A stretch of DNA of 27,844 bases from a virus (Duplodnaviria > Heunggongvirae > Uroviricota > Caudoviricetes): IMG/VR virus record IMGVR_UViG_2802429052_000001, positions 1 to 27,844 of that record; one strand, given 5' to 3'. Shown piece after piece: positions 7,068 through 14,423 of this stretch (position 1 is the first letter of the stretch; each line of letters begins with the position of its first letter). The notes below the pieces were generated by a model. That model saw only the letters and a program-made list of their open reading frames with translations. It did not search any database and was not told the DNA's origin. Made by a program: the position numbers and the translations under genes.

Positions 7068-8044
7068 TGGGCGACAAGACTGGAATTGAGTGGACCGACG
7101 CGACGTGGAATCCAATCACGGGTTGCGACAAGGTATCTCCCGGTTGCGATCACTGCTACGCCGAGACGTTCGCCGAGCGCTGGCGCGGAACCGAGGGCCA
7201 CTACTTCGTCAACGGGTTCGATGTGCAGCTGCGACCCGACAAGCTCGACTTGCCATTGCGCTGGACCAAACCGCGCCGGATCTTCGTCAACTCGATGTCA
7301 GATCTGTTCCACGACAAGGTTCCTGATGAGTACATAGCTCGCGTGTTCGCGGTGATGGCGCTGGCGCCACAGCACACGTTTCAGCTGCTCACTAAGCGTC
7401 ACGGGCGGATGGGGGCACTGTTGCGAGACGGCGAGTTTCAACAGCAGGTCTACGACGCATGGGGACAGCTGGAGATGCCGAAGGGGCGCCCGTCGATGGA
7501 GGACTGGCCGTGGTCCGGCTGGCCACTGCCCAACGTCTGGTTGGGCGTGAGCGCCGAGGATCAGAAACGTGCCGACCTCCGTATCGCGGCACTGCTCGAT
7601 ACCCCGGCCGCTGCGCGGTTCGTCAGCGCCGAGCCGCTACTCGGGGCGATTAATCTCCCGTCGCACTGGCTTCACCCCGTCATGCGGACCCCGTCGCCCG
7701 AGAACAACGCGATCGGTCGTCGTATCGGTAAGGCCCACGGCGTTGGATTCATCGACTGGGTGATCGTCGGCGGCGAATCAGGCCCCGGCGCAAGGCCAAT
7801 GCACCCAGACTGGGCGCGCTCACTGCGCGACCAATGCGTAGCCGCTGGCGTGCCGTTCCTGTTCAAGCAATGGGGCGAGACCGTGCCGCTTGGGCAGATG
7901 ACGGACGAGGCACGTCGGCGGTGGGACGACCACCACGGATGCGATGTCTACCCCGAGGAAAGCCTCTGGCGTCTCGGCAAGAAGCGCGCGGGGCGCGAGC
8001 TAGACGGCCGCACGTGGGACCAATACCCCAGGGCGGTGCGCTGA
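7067..8044 (+). CDS. DUF5131 / Gp37Gp68 family radical-SAM-like protein
   Basis: TGIEWTDATWNPITGCDKVSPGCDHCYAE (CX6CX2C), IFVNSMSDLFH, SAEPLLG, WVIVGGESG, FLFKQWG. Confidence 0.9.
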   Translation: MGDKTGIEWTDATWNPITGCDKVSPGCDHCYAETFAERWRGTEGHYFVNGFDVQLRPDKLDLPLRWTKPRRIFVNSMSDLFHDKVPDEYIARVFAVMALAPQHTFQLLTKRHGRMGALLRDGEFQQQVYDAWGQLEMPKGRPSMEDWPWSGWPLPNVWLGVSAEDQKRADLRIAALLDTPAAARFVSAEPLLGAINLPSHWLHPVMRTPSPENNAIGRRIGKAHGVGFIDWVIVGGESGPGARPMHPDWARSLRDQCVAAGVPFLFKQWGETVPLGQMTDEARRRWDDHHGCDVYPEESLWRLGKKRAGRELDGRTWDQYPRAVR

Positions 8045-8277
8045 TGGCCGACCATTGCCCAGATCCCGATGGAATCCCGCTACCCGGGAGTGTGCGCGGA
8101 CGAACCGAGTTCTACCCCGGCATGGGCACGTGCCGATACTGCCGTCGCGAATACAAGCTGCGCGCAAACGGACTCATCCGCAAGCACAAGGGCCTGCCCC
8201 GGCGTACCGATGGTGGTTGCCCGTACCTCTGCGACCCGTCATGTGATTTCAGCTGCTACAGCAAGGCGGTGGCGTGA
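8044..8277 (+). CDS. Small Cys-rich protein
   Basis: ATG 8044 (TGATG overlap); CRYC...H and CPYLCDPSCDFSC. Confidence 0.6.
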   Translation: MADHCPDPDGIPLPGSVRGRTEFYPGMGTCRYCRREYKLRANGLIRKHKGLPRRTDGGCPYLCDPSCDFSCYSKAVA

Positions 8278-8516
8278 TGACGCTCCATTTCACCCTGCAC
8301 GTCAACGGCCAGTCGATCGCCGAGGGGATGACGATTCAGCGCACCACGCCGGGCCGACCACACCCCGACGAAGTGAACACCTATGTCGCACAGACCAAGT
8401 GTGACGGCACCTGGCACACCACCACAGTTGAGCACCGGTATGGGGATGGACCGTGGCAGTTGGTGCGCAAGGTGCTGGACGTGATCGCCAACCAGACAAC
8501 GACAAAAGAGGGATAG
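8277..8516 (+). CDS. Hypothetical protein
   Basis: TGATG overlap; phage-typical HRYGDGPWQLVRKVL end. Confidence 0.7.
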   Translation: MTLHFTLHVNGQSIAEGMTIQRTTPGRPHPDEVNTYVAQTKCDGTWHTTTVEHRYGDGPWQLVRKVLDVIANQTTTKEG

Positions 8517-8522
8517 ACGAAC

Positions 8523-9551
8523 ATGGCACGGGAATATGCGCGCATCCGGATCAGCATCGCCGGAGACGGTCACGTCGAGGAACTCACGGCCGCGGCGCAG
8601 TGGCTGTACTTCCGGATCCTGATCCCAGACCCCAAGCTCTCGCACTGCGGTGTCACCGACTGGCGGCCGAAGCGACTCATCAACAAGGCCGCCGGGCTCA
8701 CGGTCGACTACATCGAAGCAGCGGCCGCCGAGCTGGAACGTGAACGATTCGCCCTCTTCGACGAGGACACCGAGGAAGTGTTGGTGCGGGCGTACATCCG
8801 TTCCGAAGAGCTGCTACGCAACCCCAAGATGGCCGTGGCCGTGGCCGACGCGTACCTCGGTGTGTCCTCGCGTCAGCTAAAGGCTGTGATCGCATCGGAG
8901 GTCCACCGGGACAAGTCGGAGCACCCCGACTACTCATCGTGGACGCACGCGATCAGCCGCGAATCGGTGGAGATATTACTGACCGCCAAGACCTCGGATG
9001 AGGTTCCGTATGTGGACACGTTCGGTAATCCGAATACCGATCCCCAAGAGGTACCGACTACCAATCAAAACGGGAACGACATAGCCAACCGGAACGGTAA
9101 TCAAGACCCCGGTACCGAAACCCAATCGGAAACCCAAGCCGATTCCCTGCACCTGCACATACAACCTAATTCCCTACAGCCTGCACCTAATAGGGGTTAC
9201 GCAAGTACGGAAGGTCACCAGGGCGCCGAACCCGACCCCACCAACCCCCCACCCCCTCACTGCCCGAGACACCCTGGCGGGACCAGCGAGCCGTGCCACG
9301 CCTGCCGCGACGCCCGGGAACGACGCACGCAATGGGACTGGGCGATGAGCGAACAGCAACGGGCGCAACGCGAAGCCGAGCAACAGGCAGCGCTGGAGAC
9401 CAAGCTCGCCGCGGTCGCCGTGTGCGAGCTCTGCGACGACGACGGGTACCGCGGCACCCATGTCTGCGATCACATCGACCGCGGACAAACGGCAGCCAAG
9501 GGGTCCGCACTCGCCCGCGCCGCACTCGAGAAGGCTGCCGGCGATGAATGA
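8523..9551 (+). CDS. Replication initiator protein (lambda O-like architecture)
   Basis: N-terminal AREYARIRISI...AQWLYF...DWRPKRL winged-HTH-like region, low-complexity N/P/Q/T linker, C-terminal CPRH...CHAC and CELC...C-H modules. Confidence 0.7.
   Translation: MAREYARIRISIAGDGHVEELTAAAQWLYFRILIPDPKLSHCGVTDWRPKRLINKAAGLTVDYIEAAAAELERERFALFDEDTEEVLVRAYIRSEELLRNPKMAVAVADAYLGVSSRQLKAVIASEVHRDKSEHPDYSSWTHAISRESVEILLTAKTSDEVPYVDTFGNPNTDPQEVPTTNQNGNDIANRNGNQDPGTETQSETQADSLHLHIQPNSLQPAPNRGYASTEGHQGAEPDPTNPPPPHCPRHPGGTSEPCHACRDARERRTQWDWAMSEQQRAQREAEQQAALETKLAAVAVCELCDDDGYRGTHVCDHIDRGQTAAKGSALARAALEKAAGDE
9023..9137. repeat. Short repeat cluster inside the initiator gene (iteron candidates)
   Basis: CGGTAATC at 9023 and 9095; GGTACCGA-NNN-CCAATC at 9050 and 9111; GAAACCCAA at 9117 and 9129. 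Confidence 0.45.
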
Positions 9552-9714
9552 ACTCGACATCGACGAACGCGTGACCAAGATGCGCGCATGCAGCCACGAC
9601 CGATGGCACTACCGCGACGCCAACGGCAATCGGCGCTGCTGGGACTGCGGGGCGTGCGTCAGACCCAACCCAATCGTCCCGATTGTCGCCTTCCACAAGG
9701 AGGTTCACCGATGA
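9544..9714 (+). CDS. Small Zn-binding protein (56 aa)
   Basis: ATG 9544; CSH...CWDC. Confidence 0.6.
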   Translation: MNELDIDERVTKMRACSHDRWHYRDANGNRRCWDCGACVRPNPIVPIVAFHKEVHR

Positions 9715-9914
9715 GCGAGCATCCCCGCCCCTACGTGCCCCGCCGCCCACGCCCGAGCGCCTCTCGCGGCCCCGTCATCGCGGCCTACGCCGACAAGATC
9801 GAGTTCCCGTGCCAGAACTGCGGCGCCGAGGCCAACGGCTGGTGCAAGACACCACACGGCACCGACGCAATCGCGCCGTGCTGGAACCGCGGCGCCAAGG
9901 TGGGTGCGCGGTGA
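9711..9914 (+). CDS. Small phage Zn-finger protein
   Basis: AAGGAGG RBS, ATGA overlap; CQNCGA...WC...C. Confidence 0.7.
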   Translation: MSEHPRPYVPRRPRPSASRGPVIAAYADKIEFPCQNCGAEANGWCKTPHGTDAIAPCWNRGAKVGAR

Positions 9915-10099
9915 GCGATTTACAGAAGGCATTCGAGGATGGGATCGACCTCGGACTCAGGCTCGCGCGACTCTTCGCTGGGGACGCCGCAGACTACGAG
10001 CAAGGGCACGGTGCCCCCAGCGCGGCCACCGCCTTGCGCAACCTCGCGACAGTTCTCGAAAATGCCCCATTCACCGGATATCCGAGGTACCAGAAGTGA
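9911..10099 (+). CDS. Hypothetical protein (62 aa)
   Basis: GTGA overlaps at both ends. Confidence 0.6.
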   Translation: MSDLQKAFEDGIDLGLRLARLFAGDAADYEQGHGAPSAATALRNLATVLENAPFTGYPRYQK

Positions 10100-10650
10100 C
10101 CACCGTCATTGGCATCGACCCGAGCCTCGTCAGCACCGGACTCGCCGTGCTCACCGACGGACGACCCACGGCAATGCACTCGATCGGCTGGGGATGCCAC
10201 AAAGGCGCAAGCTACGAAGACCGATCCCTGCGCATCCTGGCCGTCAAGAAGGCCATCCTGACATGGATCGACCACCACGCCCCAAACCCCGATCTGGTTG
10301 CCATGGAAGGCGAAGTACCGGGCGGCAAGGTCACCGGTCACTACTTCGACCGCGCGGGCCTGTGGCATCACCTATACCCGGCGCTGCGCCGGCGCAAGAT
10401 GCCCGTCGCGATCATCAACCCCAAAACCCGCCCACTGTGGGCGGTGGGCAACGGCAACGCCGACAAGAAGGCCATCCTGCCCGCCGTGTGTGCCTGGTAC
10501 CCCGGTGTCCCGATCCGCAACCACGACATCGCCGACGCGATCATTCTCGCGCTCATGGGCACCATGAAGCTCGATCGCAGCGTGCGAATGCCGTTCTTAG
10601 TCAAGGAACGTCATTACACCGGACTGGAGGCGGTGAAGTGGCCGCGATGA
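10096..10650 (+). CDS. RuvC-like Holliday junction resolvase
   Basis: GTG 10096; IGIDPSLVSTG, VAMEG and HDIADA acidic catalytic motifs. Confidence 0.85.
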   Translation: MTTVIGIDPSLVSTGLAVLTDGRPTAMHSIGWGCHKGASYEDRSLRILAVKKAILTWIDHHAPNPDLVAMEGEVPGGKVTGHYFDRAGLWHHLYPALRRRKMPVAIINPKTRPLWAVGNGNADKKAILPAVCAWYPGVPIRNHDIADAIILALMGTMKLDRSVRMPFLVKERHYTGLEAVKWPR

Positions 10651-10904
10651 GCGATTGGGGCGGGGTGCTCAAGTGTTGGCCCGCGCTTGACTGGAGCCAC
10701 GTGCCAGACGATCCCTTCGACCCCACCCCGTGGTTCAGCATGTTCTACAACGACGTCGACCTCGACACGATCGACTGGGCCGACGAAATGCGAAAGCTAC
10801 CAGGGCAGTTCACTCAACGGCTGTACTTCCCAGGGTCACCGGATCAACGCATCATCGCCGAGGGAGTCTACGAATTGACGGGAGCGACGGCATGGCCGAA
10901 GTGA
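10647..10904 (+). CDS. Hypothetical protein
   Basis: ATG 10647 (ATGA overlap), GGAGG upstream. Confidence 0.65.
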   Translation: MSDWGGVLKCWPALDWSHVPDDPFDPTPWFSMFYNDVDLDTIDWADEMRKLPGQFTQRLYFPGSPDQRIIAEGVYELTGATAWPK

Positions 10905-11212
10905 GCGAGGCGCAAGACGTGATGGCTGAGGTCGCCGAGAAGCACCGCCCCTATGGTCTGGATTGCAAGTGCGGACGCCCGATAAACAGCGATGCAGACT
11001 GGTCCAGACACATCGCCGCCGAGATCGATAAGGCGCTCGCACGAACCACGGAAGACGCGATTGCCGCGCTGCTCCAGAGGCACGTGTTTTGGAATGACGA
11101 AAGCCCGGACGGCGATGTCGACTATTGGTGCGATTGCGGCAAGGATATGGACGGCTCAATTGAATGGTCTGCGCACGTGGCCGAGGTGATCGCATCGGTA
11201 GTCCACCGATGA
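10892..11212 (+). CDS. Hypothetical protein with two H...CxCG...WxxH modules
   Basis: ATG 10892 (alternative GTG 10901); internal duplication visible. Confidence 0.7.
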   Translation: MAEVSEAQDVMAEVAEKHRPYGLDCKCGRPINSDADWSRHIAAEIDKALARTTEDAIAALLQRHVFWNDESPDGDVDYWCDCGKDMDGSIEWSAHVAEVIASVVHR

Positions 11213-12237
11213 CCAAGTGCCGCAAGTGCTCCCAGAAATGCGATCTGTTCCTGTGCAATGACTGCATCGACCAGCTACAGGAACACCTCACCGAGATCGC
11301 CTGGCTGATAGGCGAACTGGAGATAACACTCACCGGTCAAGACGTGCTGACCACCGGATCGGTCGGGCAATCCAGCGAGGAACCCAGCCCGATTCGATTC
11401 GACTCGGAGGGCAATCCGAATACCATCGCCGACCAGACGTGCAACGCTGTCACCACATGGGTACGTGACCTCTGCGAAACGCGCCGGATCGCATTCGAGC
11501 CGGTGCGCGTCGTCGCGCTCGACTTCATCGGACCACTGCCTGATGAGCGCTGGCGGCGCCTCCCGCAGCGATACCAGCCCACCGCGGCCGACGCTGCCGA
11601 ATGGCTGGCCGAACACGTGCACACCATCGCGGCCGACCCCGGGGCCGCGCGCTGCTTCAAGGAAATGGCCGACCTGCGCGCCGGTGCATTGCGCATGATC
11701 AACCGGCCCGACCGCCATTTCGCCGGCCCATGCCCGACCATCAAGGCGTACTCACGCACCGGCAAGCCCATCGAATGCGGCAAGTTCCTGTACGCCGCGA
11801 CCGACGAGCGCAGCATCACGTGCCCATCGTGCAAGCAGCCGGTGGACGTGCAGCGCAACCGCCAACGCGCATGGCTCGAAGGCGACCGGCTCACCGAGCG
11901 CATCCTGCTCAAGCGGCTCAAGGACATCGAGGAACCGGTCTCGGAGCGCCAGCTCTACCGGTGGCTTAGGCAGCGCAAGCTCTCCCCGGTCGGCTGGCTG
12001 CATAAGGGCGTGTTCGTCGAGCACTACATCCTGCGCGGAGATCCGCGGGTGTTCAGCTTGCGCGCTGTTCGGCAGCTGCGTGCCGCCGAGCTCAAGGCGG
12101 GACGAGTCGAGACCGCGGATGCAACATCGGCGGTAGAAATTCTCCACGAAATGTTGCAAACGGAATCGGCAATCGAGCACGAGCCCCCGCGCCGGCACTT
12201 CTCGCGTACATACGGGCAATCGGGGACGTCGACGTGA
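11209..12237 (+). CDS. Putative late-gene regulator: Zn ribbons plus C-terminal HTH-like domain
   Basis: ATG 11209 (ATGA overlap); CRKC..C..C, CPT...C..CPSC, C-terminal VSERQLYRWLRQRKL; last large gene of the early operon. Function inferred from position. Confidence 0.65.
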   Translation: MTKCRKCSQKCDLFLCNDCIDQLQEHLTEIAWLIGELEITLTGQDVLTTGSVGQSSEEPSPIRFDSEGNPNTIADQTCNAVTTWVRDLCETRRIAFEPVRVVALDFIGPLPDERWRRLPQRYQPTAADAAEWLAEHVHTIAADPGAARCFKEMADLRAGALRMINRPDRHFAGPCPTIKAYSRTGKPIECGKFLYAATDERSITCPSCKQPVDVQRNRQRAWLEGDRLTERILLKRLKDIEEPVSERQLYRWLRQRKLSPVGWLHKGVFVEHYILRGDPRVFSLRAVRQLRAAELKAGRVETADATSAVEILHEMLQTESAIEHEPPRRHFSRTYGQSGTST

Positions 12238-12488
12238 GGCTCTGGTGTATCGGCTGCGACGACATTCACGACGAAGCCGATGTTCGGTGGACGCCGCAGT
12301 GGGAGCTGCTTTGTCGGTCCTGTGTTCGCGCCCAGTGCACACACGGCGTCAACGGTGTGTGGATACCCGCCTGCACCCGGTGCGGCAACTACTGGAATGA
12401 GCAATGCCACGTCGTGGCCACGTCCGTGTCAGAGCTTTGTCGGTGGTCAGCGGTACAACTTGCAGATGGCACGGCCACCGCGCGATAA
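12234..12488 (+). CDS. Cys-rich hypothetical protein
   Basis: GTGA overlap; three CxxC motifs; 3' end runs across the next gene's promoter. Confidence 0.5.
   Translation: MRLWCIGCDDIHDEADVRWTPQWELLCRSCVRAQCTHGVNGVWIPACTRCGNYWNEQCHVVATSVSELCRWSAVQLADGTATAR
12437..12459 (+). promoter_or_regulatory. PafBC / RecA-NDp-like DNA-damage promoter
   Basis: tTGTCGGtg-N8-TACAAC versus consensus tTGTCRgtg-N8-TAnnnT; only the last T differs; ATG follows 6 nt later. Confidence 0.55.
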
Positions 12489-12753
12489 GTTCCCCAACGC
12501 GTACGTCGGTGACCTCGTGCCCAACGGTAAGGGCTGGACCGTCGTCAGCCCCACCTACTGCCCCAACTGGCATAGCGCCGACGAGCCAGGGTGGACCCAG
12601 CGTTGTCGTCCGTGCGCATGCGGCGGCAAGCACCACATGTGGACATGCCATTGCGGTGCGACCGTCTACGCGCCCAAGATGGGCCCCGAGTGCGAGATCC
12701 TCAACGGGCCCGGATCTGGGCGGGAAGAGTCACGCCGCGGTGGTGTGACATAG
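12466..12753 (+). CDS. Small Cys/His-rich (probably Zn-binding) protein, 95 aa
   Basis: ATG 12466 within the 12280-12753 ORF; CPNWH...CRPCACGGKHHMWTCHCG; no SD, consistent with a leaderless start. Confidence 0.7.
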   Translation: MARPPRDKFPNAYVGDLVPNGKGWTVVSPTYCPNWHSADEPGWTQRCRPCACGGKHHMWTCHCGATVYAPKMGPECEILNGPGSGREESRRGGVT

Positions 12754-12806
12754 GCGCGAAAGATATTCGGCCGAATGTCACACGCCACGCCTGCCCCTCA
12801 CGTTAC

Positions 12807-12835
12807 TTGCGCAACACGTCCTGACCTGCGACGAT
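12807..12835 (+). promoter_or_regulatory. Candidate late promoter
   Basis: TTGCGC (12807-12812)-N17-GACGAT (12830-12835), bracketed by the inverted repeat TACTTGCG (12804-12811)/CGCAAGTA (12845-12852). Confidence 0.45.
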
Positions 12836-12862
12836 TGGAACTGTCGCAAGTAGACCCTGCCC

Positions 12863-12890
12863 AAAAAACCCGGCCTGAGCTGGGGTTTTG
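12863..12890 (+). terminator. Intrinsic terminator-like hairpin, possibly bidirectional
   Basis: AAAAAA-CCCGGC-CTGA-GCTGGG-G-TTTTG; 6-bp stem with one G-U pair. Confidence 0.5.
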
Positions 12891-12909
12891 TCATATTAAG
12901 GGGCCTTGA

Positions 12910-13128
12910 ATGAACGTCGGCGAGCTGATCGCAGAGCTATCCAAGCTCGACCCGAACTTGGCCGTCGTGATGCCCATGTGCGATGAGGCTGACGGTGAAG
13001 TCGCTTCGGTTGATACACAGATCGCGCAGCGAGGCCAGGCCTACGCCGGACAGCCGATCACATGGCATCCATGGGGCACATGGCGAGGGTACGACCCGCC
13101 GCGGTCAGTCGCTAGGCTCGGCTGCTGA
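12910..13128 (+). CDS. Hypothetical phage protein
   Basis: MNVGELIAELSKLDPNLAV, a common phage N-terminal pattern; AAGGGG RBS. Confidence 0.7.
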   Translation: MNVGELIAELSKLDPNLAVVMPMCDEADGEVASVDTQIAQRGQAYAGQPITWHPWGTWRGYDPPRSVARLGC

Positions 13129-13131
13129 TCA

Positions 13132-13461
13132 ATGCCCAGCGCGCCACCGCGCGTATGTAGCCGCTGCCACAACCCCGCGCCCAAGGGCCGCCCATGCTCA
13201 TGTCGTCCGGCCTGGGAAGGGTCCACCCACGACAGCGGCAATGACCGGCGCTGGCAAGGCGTGCGTGATGCCTACCTGGCCACACACCCGCTGTGCGAGC
13301 ACCCGAGCTGCCCGCGTCTGGCCGACGACGTAGACCACGTGACGCCGCTGGCTGAGGGTGGCGAGAAGTACGACCCGCGCAACTTCATGTCCCTGTGCGA
13401 TGACCACCACAAGGCCAAGACCAACGCCGACGCACTGCGCGGCAAGACCAGAGCGAGGTAA
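13132..13461 (+). CDS. HNH endonuclease (terminase-associated, HK97 gp74-like)
   Basis: CEHPSC...DVDHVTPL..GG...N...LCDDHHKAKT; lies upstream of terS. Confidence 0.92.
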   Translation: MPSAPPRVCSRCHNPAPKGRPCSCRPAWEGSTHDSGNDRRWQGVRDAYLATHPLCEHPSCPRLADDVDHVTPLAEGGEKYDPRNFMSLCDDHHKAKTNADALRGKTRAR

Positions 13462-13469
13462 GCACGACC

Positions 13470-13673
13470 ATGGCACCAGCCGAGTTCCGAACCATGACGA
13501 TCACGACCGAGGTCCGCGAGCCCCACGTGATCACGCTGCTGTGCGGTGATCAGGTCGTCGGCACCCTCGACCTGCGCAAGTACATGCCTTGGCGTACCAA
13601 GCTCCGCATTGCCGTTGCGTGCTGGACCAAGAGCATGCTCGCCAAACTGCGCAGCAAACCCACGTCTGTGTGA
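13470..13673 (+). CDS. Hypothetical protein
   Basis: Fills the gap between the HNH gene and the cos-like region. Confidence 0.55.
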   Translation: MAPAEFRTMTITTEVREPHVITLLCGDQVVGTLDLRKYMPWRTKLRIAVACWTKSMLAKLRSKPTSV

Positions 13674-13696
13674 GCAAACTTCTATCCAGCGGCGCG

Positions 13697-13910
13697 TGCA
13701 TAAATATTCAGAGGTTTATGCATGGCGTATAACCCCGATTGGCGCATAATCGCAGGTCAGAGGGGGTATAGGGGTGAATATCGCTCTGACCAGCACGTAT
13801 GCGACTCGCCGCGGTAGCTGAAGATTTTTCTGCACAACATCCATGCAAGGGGGGGCAATTATGCATAAACCCCACGGCGCGCCAGCAAATGGCCTCCACG
13901 TACAGCAAAT
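13697..13910. other. Putative cos / packaging region
   Basis: Non-coding, AT-richer gap between HNH and terS with several inverted and direct repeats; candidate cohesive end near CGCCGCGGTA (13807-13816). Confidence 0.6.
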
Positions 13911-13922
13911 AGGTGGTGAGTG

Positions 13923-14423
13923 ATGCCCGCACGGCAGCCAGCGAAACTGCTCTTACTCAGCGGTCGCGGCGAGGGCCAGGATAGTGCAGGTAGGCCGGTT
14001 GCACAGCCCCCGGCGTTCAAGCGTCTGGCCCCGAATCCGCCGAGCTGGCTCTCGCGCGAGGCAAAGGCCGAGTGGAAGCGCGTTGCCCCTGGCCTGGTGC
14101 GTCTTGACCTGATCAAACCGGAGGACCGGGCGACGTTGGCGGCCTACTGTGAGACGTGGGCGCGGTTCGTCGCGGCAACCAAGGATGTCACCGCCAACGG
14201 CATCACCGTGCGCAATGAGTCGACCCGCAAGGACGGCTCCACCTCGGTGTGGTGGACGAAGAATCCCGCGGTGGCCGTCGCCGAGCAGGCGTCGGCACGG
14301 TTGCTGCAGTTCGCGAACCACTTCGGTTTGACGCCGGCGGCCGAGCGCAACGTGTCCAAGCGAGACGACGATCGTGGCGAGTTCGAGGCGAACCCGTTCG
14401 CGGGTGCAGCCGCCGACGACTGA
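13923..14423 (+). CDS. terS: Terminase small subunit (P27 family)
   Basis: PPSWLSREAKAEWKRV, LAAYCETW, KNPAV, FGLTPAAE motifs. Confidence 0.93.
   Translation: MPARQPAKLLLLSGRGEGQDSAGRPVAQPPAFKRLAPNPPSWLSREAKAEWKRVAPGLVRLDLIKPEDRATLAAYCETWARFVAATKDVTANGITVRNESTRKDGSTSVWWTKNPAVAVAEQASARLLQFANHFGLTPAAERNVSKRDDDRGEFEANPFAGAAADD

Noticed and set aside
9904-10646. N-terminal extensions of ORFs 9904-10650 and 9939-10904
   Set aside because: Real starts at 10096 and 10647 give 4-bp overlaps; the extensions are off-frame readings.
12744-12782. TGTGA...TCACA as a CRP site
   Set aside because: Spacing is 29 nt, not the required 6.
13739-13744. TTGGCG as antisense partner of the CGCCAA loop at 1091
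   Set aside because: Six nt only, not in an evident loop, expected by chance.
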